From the sequence record PZ091942.1: DNA of 64,000 bases. The stretch is one strand, 5' to 3'. This document shows, piece after piece, positions 43,591-52,679 of the stretch (position 1 is its first letter; each line of letters begins with the position of its first letter). The position numbers and the translations under genes are program-made. Origin of the DNA: a phage. Below the pieces are notes generated by a model, which had not been told where the DNA came from, ran no database searches, and saw only the letters and a list, made by a program, of their open reading frames with translations.

Positions 43591-45435
43591 ATGGATAACC
43601 CTGATAAGTTACCTTTCATAACGGAGATGACAGTCGCTGATATAATCTCAAAGCAGGCGAAGCATGGCGTCAACTTCCACAGAAGAAACGCTCGGTGGTT
43701 TGTTCACCTTCTCAAAGAGATTATTGTCAATATTGATAAAGAACTGATTCCTCTCCTCCCCAAAATGCGGGTGGATGGTTCAACTTATTCGAAACCTTTT
43801 AAGAAGTCAGGTGCTTTGCAAAAGTGGCCTCAGCTCTATTGTGACAGAGTTGGTCTTAAAAGAGAAGATATCGGTGGGGCGTTTACTTGCGTTGAGTATG
43901 TAGACTTTGACCCATCGAAAGATGCACGTATTAAAGAAGCCTTGATGGATGAAGGCTTCATTCCTCCAGAGTGGAATACATCCAAGAAACCTTGGAATAC
44001 TTATGAAATCCGTAAAGCGATGAAGAAGTATGGCACATATGCTGCTTGGTATTCTGCTTGGATGCGAGGAAACGCTAAAGAAAAACAGACAGCTGAGATG
44101 ATTGATGCTGACATTCGTCGGTTCTTGGATAAACACTTCCGTTATCACACTGTCAACTACATGAAAGCCTACGTCAGCGGTTTAGGTTTGAATCCTAATA
44201 GGAAGAAGCCTGTAACCTTTGATGAAATCAAGAAAGCTTTAGCCATGTCAAACAAGTGGCCTACAGCTCCTACAAACCTTGAGGAGACACTTGAAGAAGG
44301 TCTTGGTGGTGATCTAGGAGGTGTGGGAAGTCTGCTTAAGAGACGCGTTGTAGCGGCTCACAGACTTGGTTTGATTAGCGGGCTTATCGACAAGGAACGT
44401 AAAGATGGTAAGTTGTCCGCCGAAGCTAATAGCTGCGCTACTCCGACATTTCGTTTTAAACATCGCATTGTTGTTAATATTCCTTCTCGCGGTTTGTTTG
44501 GTCACGAGTGCCGCAGTCTTTTTCAATCTGACTATTCCTCAGACGATAGTCATAACTATCCTTTCATCATTACCAACCATATCCCTGATGGGTGTTACGT
44601 ACGAAAAGGTACTAACATTATCTACGAAGTGGGAAAACCGGGCAAGAAAGACAAACCTGTAGGTGCCTATAAATTCTATGTACCTGCTGGTCGTGAAATC
44701 TTCTTAGGTTACGATGGCTCTGGTCTTGAGCTGAGGATGCTAGCTCACTACCTTATTAAAGAATGTCGTGAGATGCTCGCTGAAGCAGAGCGAGAAAACA
44801 ACCCAGCTAAGAAACGAGAAGCTGAACGTGGTCTAGCTTCTGCTGTTATGTACAGAGATATTCTTTTAGAAGGAGATATTCACTCACATAACCAAAAACT
44901 TGCTGGTCTTCCTACTCGCGATAACGCTAAGACGTTTATATATGCCTTTAACTATGGGGCAGGTGACGCTAAGCTAGGAAGTATCGTAGGTGGTGGCTCT
45001 GACGAAGGGGCTATTATGAGAGCAAGATTCTTAGCAGAGAATCCTTGTATTGCAATCCTTATTGAACGTATGACCGAGAAAGCACAAAGTGGATACATCT
45101 ACGGTGTGGATGGACGTCGTATTACAATGAGAAGGGATGCAACTGGAAAGGTTATGGTTCATAAAGCCTTAAATACGCTCTTACAGAGCGCTGGGGCGAT
45201 TGTTATGAAGTATGCAATGCTATTCCTCAATAAATGGATTGAGCGTGATGGTGTTCGTTGTGCGAAGGTTATCGACATGCATGATGAAGGCCAGTTCACT
45301 GTACATCGTGAAGATGTTAACAAACTTCGTACTCTCACTGAAGAGTGTGTTCGTAAAGCGGGTGAATACCTCAAGATGGAATGCCCTCTTGCATCAGATT
45401 GTAAGATTGGGCTTAACTGGAATCATACTCACTAA
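43591..45435 (+). CDS. family-A DNA polymerase, polymerase domain (T7 gp5-like)
   Basis: ATG 43591 with AAGGAG SD; motif A region GYDGSGLELRMLAH, motif B RDNAKTFIYAFNYGAG, motif C VIDMHDEGQF, C-terminal His. Confidence 0.9.
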   Translation: MDNPDKLPFITEMTVADIISKQAKHGVNFHRRNARWFVHLLKEIIVNIDKELIPLLPKMRVDGSTYSKPFKKSGALQKWPQLYCDRVGLKREDIGGAFTCVEYVDFDPSKDARIKEALMDEGFIPPEWNTSKKPWNTYEIRKAMKKYGTYAAWYSAWMRGNAKEKQTAEMIDADIRRFLDKHFRYHTVNYMKAYVSGLGLNPNRKKPVTFDEIKKALAMSNKWPTAPTNLEETLEEGLGGDLGGVGSLLKRRVVAAHRLGLISGLIDKERKDGKLSAEANSCATPTFRFKHRIVVNIPSRGLFGHECRSLFQSDYSSDDSHNYPFIITNHIPDGCYVRKGTNIIYEVGKPGKKDKPVGAYKFYVPAGREIFLGYDGSGLELRMLAHYLIKECREMLAEAERENNPAKKREAERGLASAVMYRDILLEGDIHSHNQKLAGLPTRDNAKTFIYAFNYGAGDAKLGSIVGGGSDEGAIMRARFLAENPCIAILIERMTEKAQSGYIYGVDGRRITMRRDATGKVMVHKALNTLLQSAGAIVMKYAMLFLNKWIERDGVRCAKVIDMHDEGQFTVHREDVNKLRTLTEECVRKAGEYLKMECPLASDCKIGLNWNHTH

Positions 45436-45746
45436 TGATTGATATCAAAACTGAAGTTAAATATAATCCCAAGCTCAATTTTGATGCTTGGGCAAAACTG
45501 ATTCTTAATATACCTCTCCAAGATGTGGGTTACACACAAGTAACCTGCACAGCAGAACTTCCTACTTATGGGTTACGTCCGTGGAAAGGCGAATCAGTTG
45601 TAGATGTGATAAAAGAGATGGTTAAAAGATGTGCCACTCAGTACGGAGGTGCATTAGAAGGTCGTCATTTCTACTACACCCGTAAGCAGGAATCAACACA
45701 ATACGAAACTTTCATTGAAGTTAACCTCTTTGTGGTGGAGAAGTAG
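45435..45746 (+). CDS. hypothetical protein
   Basis: ORF track; TAATG overlap with polymerase stop. Confidence 0.55.
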   Translation: MIDIKTEVKYNPKLNFDAWAKLILNIPLQDVGYTQVTCTAELPTYGLRPWKGESVVDVIKEMVKRCATQYGGALEGRHFYYTRKQESTQYETFIEVNLFVVEK

Positions 45747-45827
45747 TGATTAGTTCAGTGGAAGAGTTGAATGGTATTACGAAATGAACTAGTCATATTG
45801 ATTAGTTCTTTTTAAGGAGACAAGGAA

Positions 45828-45962
45828 GTGGAAGAAGTGAAAAGTTCTGAATGGTGCTTGAATCAACAGAAGCTCGCACAGGATGAAGGGCGTTTTGAAG
45901 ACGCTAAAGATTACGGTGAATTATTTCAAACATGGGTAGAACGAGAGGAGAAAGCCAAATGA
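45828..45962 (+). CDS. hypothetical small protein (44 aa)
   Basis: GTG start 8 nt after AAGGAG SD; below track cutoff. Confidence 0.35.
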   Translation: MEEVKSSEWCLNQQKLAQDEGRFEDAKDYGELFQTWVEREEKAK

Positions 45963-46126
45963 TGGACCTGATTCGTAAACCTGCTCCAAAGTGGAATATC
46001 TATTATCAAGACTCCACTGGTAAATTTCATAACCAACTCGTTTACTCTGATGAAGAACGCGATGAAGTCGTTGCTCAGATTGAAGCAGACGGTGGTACAG
46101 TTCTCAAAATCTACGAAAGGAATTAA
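45959..46126 (+). CDS. hypothetical small protein
   Basis: ATG 45959 with GAGGAG SD inside track ORF 45932..46126. Confidence 0.45.
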   Translation: MMDLIRKPAPKWNIYYQDSTGKFHNQLVYSDEERDEVVAQIEADGGTVLKIYERN

Positions 46127-46128
46127 TA

Positions 46129-46371
46129 GTGACTCTAACCTCTAAAGAATTAAAAGAAACTCTGGAAACATCTGAAGGTAAACAACACCTCCTTGCACAG
46201 ATTCACTCAATGAGTAAAGATACCTTACGTCAGGCTCTATATGAGCTGACCACTGCTGTTATCCAGATTGAAGCTAACGCTGAAGAAAGTTTGATTAAAT
46301 TAGAAGCTGCTGATGCAGAAATCAATGGATTGAAGGTTCGTATTGCCGAGCTGGAAACACAAAATAAATAA
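46129..46371 (+). CDS. hypothetical coiled-coil protein
   Basis: ORF track (GTG start, AAGGA SD). Confidence 0.5.
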   Translation: MTLTSKELKETLETSEGKQHLLAQIHSMSKDTLRQALYELTTAVIQIEANAEESLIKLEAADAEINGLKVRIAELETQNK

Positions 46372-46396
46372 GCTACCTTCGGGTGGCTTTTCTTGT
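46371..46396 (+). terminator. rho-independent terminator (UUCG tetraloop)
   Basis: AGCTACC-TTCG-GGTGGCT then TTTTCTTG. Confidence 0.7.
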
Positions 46397-46409
46397 CTAA
46401 GGAGCTGGT

Positions 46410-46802
46410 ATGAAGATTGGCTTAGATTATGACGACACTTTTACAGCGGACAAAGAGATGTGGACACATATCGTAGGACTTATGAAGTCTAGAGGTCATG
46501 ATGTTCGTATCGTGACTTACCGATTCGCTGAACCTAATGGGTACACAAACGATGAATTGCTGGCAGATGCAGCTGTTCTAGATATCCCTGTTATCTTTTG
46601 CAATGGTGTTCAGAAGGATTCTGTCACTCAGAGCTTAGGTTTCTTTGTGGATGTTTGGATTGATGACTTCCCTGTTGGTATCCCTAAAATGGACCACCTA
46701 GAAGGTATGCTGAAGGGCGTAAGGCTTAATGACCTTAGAGCAGCACCTCCAGTAGAAATAGCCTCTCCTAAGTATTCTGAAGAGCCTTTGGTGATACGAT
46801 GA
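46410..46802 (+). CDS. HAD-superfamily phosphatase (possible nucleotidase)
   Basis: ORF track; AAGGAG SD; motif I LDYDDT, motif IV VWIDDF. Confidence 0.6.
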   Translation: MKIGLDYDDTFTADKEMWTHIVGLMKSRGHDVRIVTYRFAEPNGYTNDELLADAAVLDIPVIFCNGVQKDSVTQSLGFFVDVWIDDFPVGIPKMDHLEGMLKGVRLNDLRAAPPVEIASPKYSEEPLVIR

Positions 46803-46981
46803 AGAAATTCCTAATCTGGTCTATTATCATTGCTCTATTTCTTTGGGTGATGGATGCTCTTGGGGATGCTAGCAAAGAAGACTGTGAGACCCGAATCTCA
46901 AGAGAGTTTAATGCACCTACCAAGTTTGTGGGTGGTCGCTGTTATGTTGAAGGTTGGAGTCGCACCAACACTCGTTACTAA
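46799..46981 (+). CDS. hypothetical small membrane protein
   Basis: ORF track; ATGA overlap; hydrophobic N-terminus. Confidence 0.5.
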   Translation: MKKFLIWSIIIALFLWVMDALGDASKEDCETRISREFNAPTKFVGGRCYVEGWSRTNTRY

Positions 46982-46989
46982 GGATTAAA

Positions 46990-47214
46990 ATGATTTACGT
47001 TCACACTTACACGATTGGAAAGAAAGTAGTTGACCGAGTTCATACTGATGAAGCAGAAGCTCAGGCTTCTCTAGCAGTTCTAGGTGGAAAGGTTAAGAAT
47101 TACGTGGAGGCTGGTAAACCAGTTAGTAGTCCACCTGTTCTAGAGTATCTTGGAACAAACAACCCAATCACAGCAATGTCAGTCATTAACGCTAAACAAA
47201 GGGAGATCTTATAA
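46990..47214 (+). CDS. hypothetical protein
   Basis: ATG 46990 with AAGGA SD inside track ORF 46954..47214. Confidence 0.5.
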   Translation: MIYVHTYTIGKKVVDRVHTDEAEAQASLAVLGGKVKNYVEAGKPVSSPPVLEYLGTNNPITAMSVINAKQREIL

Positions 47215-47417
47215 TGTCTAATATTTACGTCGTACAAAGCGCACCACATATTAATGACTACAAATACCAAGTGATTGCTGACCGACACGAGCTACTAACC
47301 TTTGTTGACCTTATGGCTCTGAAAGAAGAGGTTGACAAGTTGGTATCAGATGAACAATCCCGGCTCTTGCAAGAGTCTCTAAGCGGAGATTACATCTGCG
47401 ATGGTTGCACTATCTAA
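47214..47417 (+). CDS. hypothetical protein
   Basis: ORF track; AAAGGGAG SD. Confidence 0.55.
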   Translation: MSNIYVVQSAPHINDYKYQVIADRHELLTFVDLMALKEEVDKLVSDEQSRLLQESLSGDYICDGCTI

Positions 47418-47560
47418 ACGATATAAAGTCTGGCTAGACGAAGGAGCTGAGTATCCTGATGGTTCTGGCTGGAAAGTGATTCTGGAAACAGACGACATGG
47501 AGGAGGCTGAAACGAAAGCTGAATCCTTCAACTACTCATATTATGAGGACACATACGAGA

Positions 47561-48139
47561 ATGGCTGAAGTTTATTTTGCAGGTGATGGTCACCTAGGCC
47601 ATCGTAACATCTGTAACTTTAGGAAGAAGTTTAGTAGTATTGAAGAACACGACAAAGCTATCTTAGCAGCGTTTGACCATGTTACTAAACGTGATAAAAC
47701 TTTCTTTACAGGTGATTGGGTGTTTGAGAAATATGCACTTGATATTATCGCTGAAGTAAAAGGAGAGAAGCATCTTGTCTTAGGAAATCATGACAGATTA
47801 GAACTTCTCCCTGATATGATGAAAGTCTTTAGACACATCAGTGGTGATTATAAGTACAAAGAGTTTTGGGTAACTCATATTCCTATTCACTCTGATGAAA
47901 TGAGAGGAAAGTATAATATCTATGCTCATACTCATAACTCTACTATCAAAGATTGGAGATACTTTTGTACTTCTATGGAACAAATTGATTACAGAGCTGT
48001 GTCTCTGCAAGAGATTAGAAAAGAGTTTGATAAAAGAAAGGAAGATGAACTTAATCTTCTTACTAAACAGAGAGAATCTAATCTTCAGTTTCAGAGAGAA
48101 GTTAAGTATACTAATCTAAATCAGTTTATTGAATGGTAA
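47561..48139 (+). CDS. calcineurin-like metallophosphoesterase
   Basis: Internal ATG of track ORF 47543..48139; GDGHLGH, TGDWVFE, GNHD, AHTHN motifs. Confidence 0.7.
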   Translation: MAEVYFAGDGHLGHRNICNFRKKFSSIEEHDKAILAAFDHVTKRDKTFFTGDWVFEKYALDIIAEVKGEKHLVLGNHDRLELLPDMMKVFRHISGDYKYKEFWVTHIPIHSDEMRGKYNIYAHTHNSTIKDWRYFCTSMEQIDYRAVSLQEIRKEFDKRKEDELNLLTKQRESNLQFQREVKYTNLNQFIEW

Positions 48140-48345
48140 GTTAATTAGTTTTCTTTTGATTTTAATAGAGAATCAAAGTCCTAGGAGTCCTCAACCTAAA
48201 TCAAGGATTTCCTTAATTCTCTATTTTTATCTCGCAGGTGTCTCCTGCCCTTCCGGTAGTCTCTCAATTTCTAACAAACTTATGAGAGGTGGTTGTCCGC
48301 GCCTTATAGTCGTCGGTCCCGTGCAATAGTTTTACTAGCTATACC

Positions 48346-48357
48346 ATATATACATTA
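48346..48357 (-). promoter_or_regulatory. TAATGTATATA-type motif (candidate phage-sigma promoter), minus strand
   Basis: Minus-strand TAATGTATATAT; no minus-strand ORF downstream. Confidence 0.35.
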
Positions 48358-48419
48358 CTGTTTGTTATTATCTACTACCAAAAAGGTTATAGTATAATAG
48401 AACCTTATCTGTATAGGTG

Positions 48420-48431
48420 TAATGTATATAG
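48420..48431 (+). promoter_or_regulatory. TAATGTATATAG motif (candidate phage-sigma promoter)
   Basis: Exact 12-mer also on minus strand at 57629-57640, both 35-55 nt upstream of a gene start. Confidence 0.5.
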
Positions 48432-48487
48432 TATACCAACCGCTCAAAGAGAGCAACAATCTTAAATTTATATAAGGAAATATTAAT

Positions 48488-49228
48488 ATGTCTATGATCC
48501 CTGAACTGTCTGTATCCCGTAAATCCAACTACGATGTAATCCCTGATGGCGAGTACGAAGCACGCATTGTTCGTGTAGTAGGTTTAGGTGTTCACAATCG
48601 TGACCCTTGGATTGACCCTAAGACCAAAGCAGTTACTCCTAAGAACCCAGCTTTCCGTATGGACTTGGCTTTTGAACTGATTGGCGTGGATGCAACAGGG
48701 ATTGATAATGAAGGCAAACCTCTGGACCCTCGTCCTGCTTGCCAGTTTAAAACTTTCGATGTAAACCCACGAGCTAAGAATTCTGGTATTCTGAATTTGA
48801 TTAAAATGATCGACCCAAGTGTTCAAGCACTGAAAGGTGATTTGGGTTGGTTTAAAGATATGCTGTTAGGTCAGCCTGTTAACATTCTGGTTAACTCCTA
48901 TGTAAACAAAGCTGGGGAGAAGAAAAATTCTATTAAGAGTATTACTCCAATCCCGACCAAGTATCGTGATGCAGTAGGTGCTCCTCGTAGCGACCTTATC
49001 TTCTTCGAACCGTATGCTGAGACTGATGCTAACTTAACCGCTTATCAAGCTATGTTCCCATTCCAACGTAACCTTCTGACCCAAGCTAATGATGCTAAGA
49101 ACATTCCTCTGGCTGGTCGTGAAGTTACTCGCGCTTCTGATACTGAACAGAAAGATGCGACTCCTAGTATCCCTACTATTAATGAAGAGCCGCAGTCTAC
49201 CTTTGAAGAAGATGATAGCCCTTTCTAA
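48488..49228 (+). CDS. ssDNA-binding protein-like (acidic C-terminal tail)
   Basis: ORF track; AAGGAA SD; NNT-biased codons; C-terminus FEEDDSPF resembles SSB acidic tail DFDDDIPF. Confidence 0.55.
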   Translation: MSMIPELSVSRKSNYDVIPDGEYEARIVRVVGLGVHNRDPWIDPKTKAVTPKNPAFRMDLAFELIGVDATGIDNEGKPLDPRPACQFKTFDVNPRAKNSGILNLIKMIDPSVQALKGDLGWFKDMLLGQPVNILVNSYVNKAGEKKNSIKSITPIPTKYRDAVGAPRSDLIFFEPYAETDANLTAYQAMFPFQRNLLTQANDAKNIPLAGREVTRASDTEQKDATPSIPTINEEPQSTFEEDDSPF

Positions 49229-49251
49229 TGAATCTCTCCTTGTAATAGCTT

Positions 49252-49275
49252 AGCCACCTTCGGGTGGCTTTTTTC
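49252..49275 (+). terminator. rho-independent terminator (UUCG tetraloop)
   Basis: AGCCACC-TTCG-GGTGGCT then TTTTTTCG. Confidence 0.75.
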
Positions 49276-49287
49276 GTTGGGGTTAAA

Positions 49288-49635
49288 ATGGAAAAGCTTC
49301 AAAACAATATAGGTTTCTTAGTCTTTACAGCTCTGGTTTTCTTTGGTGGTATGAAGTTTGAGCAATATCGAAATGATAGTAATGCTCTTGACCAAGAGAA
49401 GAAACAGCAAGAGATAGAGATAGAGAGAGCTAAGGCTGCTGATGAAGTAGCTCAGAAAGTTCTGACTGGTTTAACTAACTGGAAGAAGAACACAGAAACT
49501 ATTTACAAAGAGATGCATTATGAAAAGACTAAGCCAGTTTTTTACAATGTGTGTGCTAGCGATGAATTTGTCAGCTTGTTCAACGAGCGACAACAGCAGG
49601 CAGCTAGTGCCCTTACCAACAAACCTAAAAGCTGA
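49288..49635 (+). CDS. i-spanin-like protein (Rz-like)
   Basis: Internal ATG of track ORF 49264..49635; N-terminal TM helix then coiled coil; contains embedded lipoprotein gene in another frame. Confidence 0.5.
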   Translation: MEKLQNNIGFLVFTALVFFGGMKFEQYRNDSNALDQEKKQQEIEIERAKAADEVAQKVLTGLTNWKKNTETIYKEMHYEKTKPVFYNVCASDEFVSLFNERQQQAASALTNKPKS

Positions 49636-49780
49636 ATGCGATATAGACCTCCCTTTACTTCAGAGTGGACAAGGAGTAGCATTTGCAACAACACTTGAGT
49701 GGTATCAGGATAACTACACAATCTGTGCTGCTAACCACAATGGTTTACTTAAAGCTCTCAAAGAGAGAGGAATACAATGA
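49520..49780 (+). CDS. o-spanin-like lipoprotein (Rz1-like)
   Basis: ORF track; signal peptide with lipobox LSAC; Pro-rich mature region; starts inside 49288..49635 in a different frame. Confidence 0.5.
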   Translation: MKRLSQFFTMCVLAMNLSACSTSDNSRQLVPLPTNLKAECDIDLPLLQSGQGVAFATTLEWYQDNYTICAANHNGLLKALKERGIQ

Positions 49781-50001
49781 TCAGAGCAGAACTTACAATA
49801 CCAGAAGGCGTTACTCAGCTTCATGCAGTATGGGAGTATAACAACCAGATTTGGGGACGAACCTTTAAGTTCTTTGTCGATGGAGATCAATCCTATTGGG
49901 CCTATTATGACTCTGAAGAGGATATGTGGATTAAAGTGAGTGGCATTCAGACAGCCATCCCTTGCCCTGAAACGGCTATGTATTTATTCTGCGTAGTTTA
50001 A
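49777..50001 (+). CDS. hypothetical protein
   Basis: ORF track; GAGAGG SD; ATGA overlap. Confidence 0.5.
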   Translation: MIRAELTIPEGVTQLHAVWEYNNQIWGRTFKFFVDGDQSYWAYYDSEEDMWIKVSGIQTAIPCPETAMYLFCVV

Positions 50002-50025
50002 TGTAAAGTAAGTTAAGGATGACTT

Positions 50026-50676
50026 ATGAAGAAAAAGACAACACCTACACGCTATCGTATTCATGGCATTCCTATTAAGTATTATCCAACCTTCGATGAA
50101 TTCTATCGAGAGAACTGGAAAGTTGTGCATAAGTATTTTATGTATGACATTAAAGATTATCACGAAGCAGAGGATGTTGCTCAGGAAGTGTTACTAAACG
50201 CTTGGCGTTTTGTGTTTGCAAAGCAAGAAGAACTTCTGCTCACTGATGAAAAAGATATTGAGCACATGACTTATCGTGTCAAGAATATCATCTGGTCGAT
50301 TCGTTCTAATCGCCAGACAGTTGGAGACCGACGTATCTACTCTATTCCAGAGGCTGATATGTTTAGACCTCCTGAGATGAATTCATGGGAAAGCCCTTTA
50401 GAGATTGCAATGGATAAGCATGACTCTACTGGAGACCCATTCTTGGAATCTAGAATCTTTTTCTTCTTCCAAGACTTAAGTGATATTATGGATACCAAGA
50501 AAATGGCAAGCATGTTCTCTATGCTCTTCCTTGGAATACCTCATGATCACATCCAGCAGGAGCTGGGAATTTCACACGGAACTTTCTATCGCCGTTATGC
50601 AGAGAATCGTGATCTATATGAAGCGGTAGTAGAGAAGCACTTTGATAAAGAAGATCTTCAAGGGATGATTCAATAA
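50026..50676 (+). CDS. ECF-type sigma-70 family sigma factor
   Basis: ORF track; AAGGA SD; region-2-like [14 protein letters not shown] and region-4 HTH-like [15 protein letters not shown]. Confidence 0.75.
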   Translation: MKKKTTPTRYRIHGIPIKYYPTFDEFYRENWKVVHKYFMYDIKDYHEAEDVAQEVLLNAWRFVFAKQEELLLTDEKDIEHMTYRVKNIIWSIRSNRQTVGDRRIYSIPEADMFRPPEMNSWESPLEIAMDKHDSTGDPFLESRIFFFFQDLSDIMDTKKMASMFSMLFLGIPHDHIQQELGISHGTFYRRYAENRDLYEAVVEKHFDKEDLQGMIQ

Positions 50677-51272
50677 TGAGTAAACCATTAGTAGTAATTC
50701 TGAATGGACCACCGGGTTGTGGTAAAGATACAATCGCTAATTCTTGGTTAGAGAAGACACTCGGTAACGATGAGTTTAGACCGCATGTAAAGGCTTTTAA
50801 GGAGCCTATGCATCGAGTGGCTGCTGCTGCATTAGGTCTCCCTCTTCATGAGTTCATGGAGCTGTACAACGACCGTGAGTGGAAAGAACATAACCGTCCT
50901 GAATGGGGCGGTAAGTCAGTTCGAGACTTGATGATTGTAACTAGTGAGAGCTATCTGAAGCCTATGTTTGGTGAGACCTGCATGGGTAAACTTGCTGTTA
51001 GTAGTATTCAACAACGCATCCCATCACAGAATGATGTTATCGTCTTCTCTGATGGTGGGTTTAAAGCAGAAGTTGAAGAACTAGAGAAGCATTTCCATGT
51101 TCGAGTAGTTCAGATTCTCCGAGATGGCTGCTCCTTTGAAGGAGATTCCCGTTCTTATATTGAAGGAACAAACCTACCAACCTACCTCCTATTTAATGAC
51201 CGTTCTGTAGAAGAGGCAGTGGAGGATTTGGAGTGGATTATTGAAGGGACACGGAGAGGTCTCTATGTCTGA
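50676..51272 (+). CDS. P-loop nucleotide kinase (T4 dNMP kinase-like)
   Basis: ORF track; Walker A LNGPPGCGKDT resembles T4 gp1 LSGVKRSGKDT. Confidence 0.6.
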   Translation: MSKPLVVILNGPPGCGKDTIANSWLEKTLGNDEFRPHVKAFKEPMHRVAAAALGLPLHEFMELYNDREWKEHNRPEWGGKSVRDLMIVTSESYLKPMFGETCMGKLAVSSIQQRIPSQNDVIVFSDGGFKAEVEELEKHFHVRVVQILRDGCSFEGDSRSYIEGTNLPTYLLFNDRSVEEAVEDLEWIIEGTRRGLYV

Positions 51273-52086
51273 TGTAATCTATCCTGAAGTAGCAATTGTG
51301 GATGCAGATGTTCTACGGTATGAGGTTGGTGCTCTTACACAAGAGCATCCTTTCCTAGACACAGGTCGTGTTCCAGTTGATTATGGATTTCTGATTGAAC
51401 GTCTCCAACATAAGATTGATGTAATCATCTCAAGAGCTGGTTGTGAAAGAACAATCTTTTATTTCAGCGAAGGTGGAAACTTCCGCTTCGATGTTGCCAA
51501 GCAGCAAGGTTATAAAGCTAACCGACCTCCGGGAGAAAGGCCACATCACTGGCAGAACGTTAGTGATTACATCAAAGAACATTATCAGTACGTTGAAGTG
51601 TTTGGTAGAGAAGCAGATGATGCACTCGCTGAACGGCAGCGTATAGAGAAGAACACTATCATCTGTACTCGTGATAAAGATTTGTTAATCACTCCCGGAT
51701 GGCATTATCGCTGGGCTTGTGGTGAACGACAGAAAGAAGTACCACCTCATTATGTATCAGAGGAAGTAGCATGGCAGAACTTCTTCTATCAGATGTTGAT
51801 TGGGGATAGTACAGATAACATCCCCGGATGTGGTGAGAAAGTTGAAATGATGTGGGGCGGTAATTTAGTTATGCGTCGTAAGGGTATTGGTAGCAAAGCT
51901 GCTATCAAACTTATTGAGAAGGTATTCGATAAGTGGACTCTTTATCATATTATACGAATGGAATACTATAAGAGGTTCGAGGAAGAAGCAGAAGCTAAGA
52001 TGTTAGAAAATGCTCGATTGCTCTTCGTTGGACAAGCTGAAGGCGACCTGTTCGATTGGTCGTGGTTAGATAAAACTTGGGAATAA
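51265..52086 (+). CDS. 5'-3' exonuclease / flap endonuclease (T5 D15-like)
   Basis: Internal ATG of track ORF 51241..52086 with GGAGAGG SD; YKANR, EADDAL, GDSTDNIPG motifs. Confidence 0.7.
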   Translation: MSDVIYPEVAIVDADVLRYEVGALTQEHPFLDTGRVPVDYGFLIERLQHKIDVIISRAGCERTIFYFSEGGNFRFDVAKQQGYKANRPPGERPHHWQNVSDYIKEHYQYVEVFGREADDALAERQRIEKNTIICTRDKDLLITPGWHYRWACGERQKEVPPHYVSEEVAWQNFFYQMLIGDSTDNIPGCGEKVEMMWGGNLVMRRKGIGSKAAIKLIEKVFDKWTLYHIIRMEYYKRFEEEAEAKMLENARLLFVGQAEGDLFDWSWLDKTWE

Positions 52087-52096
52087 GGATATTATA

Positions 52097-52288
52097 ATGG
52101 GTAAATTTGACTATCGTTCGTATGATGAAAATTCCTCTAATCGTGAGTCTCGCAAAGACCAGAAGATTAAACATCAAGCATTTGATCGTCGTACTGGACG
52201 TATCCCTCGTGCTGAAAAAGAATCACATCGTATTAACAAACGTATTTGGGAAGACGCTGATATGGATGTAGGTTATGGCGAAGGCTGA
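52097..52288 (+). CDS. hypothetical basic small protein
   Basis: ORF track; AAGGA SD. Confidence 0.5.
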   Translation: MGKFDYRSYDENSSNRESRKDQKIKHQAFDRRTGRIPRAEKESHRINKRIWEDADMDVGYGEG

Positions 52289-52679
52289 GAAAACAAGATG
52301 TTCAAACCAGTGGACTGAAGCACGTTACAATTCCTTCATCAAGTCAGGGATTCGTTCTCTGACTAGAAAGTGGAAGCCTATGTTTGATGCTCTCAAAGAA
52401 GCTCAGACAGAACGTAAGACCAACCCTAAGACTGGCAAGCTGGCAATGCACTACAAGTGTGCCATGTGTGGTAATGACTCTCCTCTTAAGGAAGTAGCTG
52501 TTGACCACATTAATCCTATTGTTCCAGTGGACCATGAAGCATCTTGGGATGAAATCATTGAGAGAGCTTTGGTTGAGGTAGATGGCTTTCAAGTCTTGTG
52601 TAAAGAACCTTGCCATAAGATTAAAACTAAGGAAGAGAATGATGCAAGACGCGAATTTAAAAAATCTAGAGACTCCTGA
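52275..52679 (+). CDS. HNH endonuclease
   Basis: ORF track; CAMCGN...VDHINPIV...H...LCKEPCH motif. Confidence 0.65.
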   Translation: MAKAEKTRCSNQWTEARYNSFIKSGIRSLTRKWKPMFDALKEAQTERKTNPKTGKLAMHYKCAMCGNDSPLKEVAVDHINPIVPVDHEASWDEIIERALVEVDGFQVLCKEPCHKIKTKEENDARREFKKSRDS

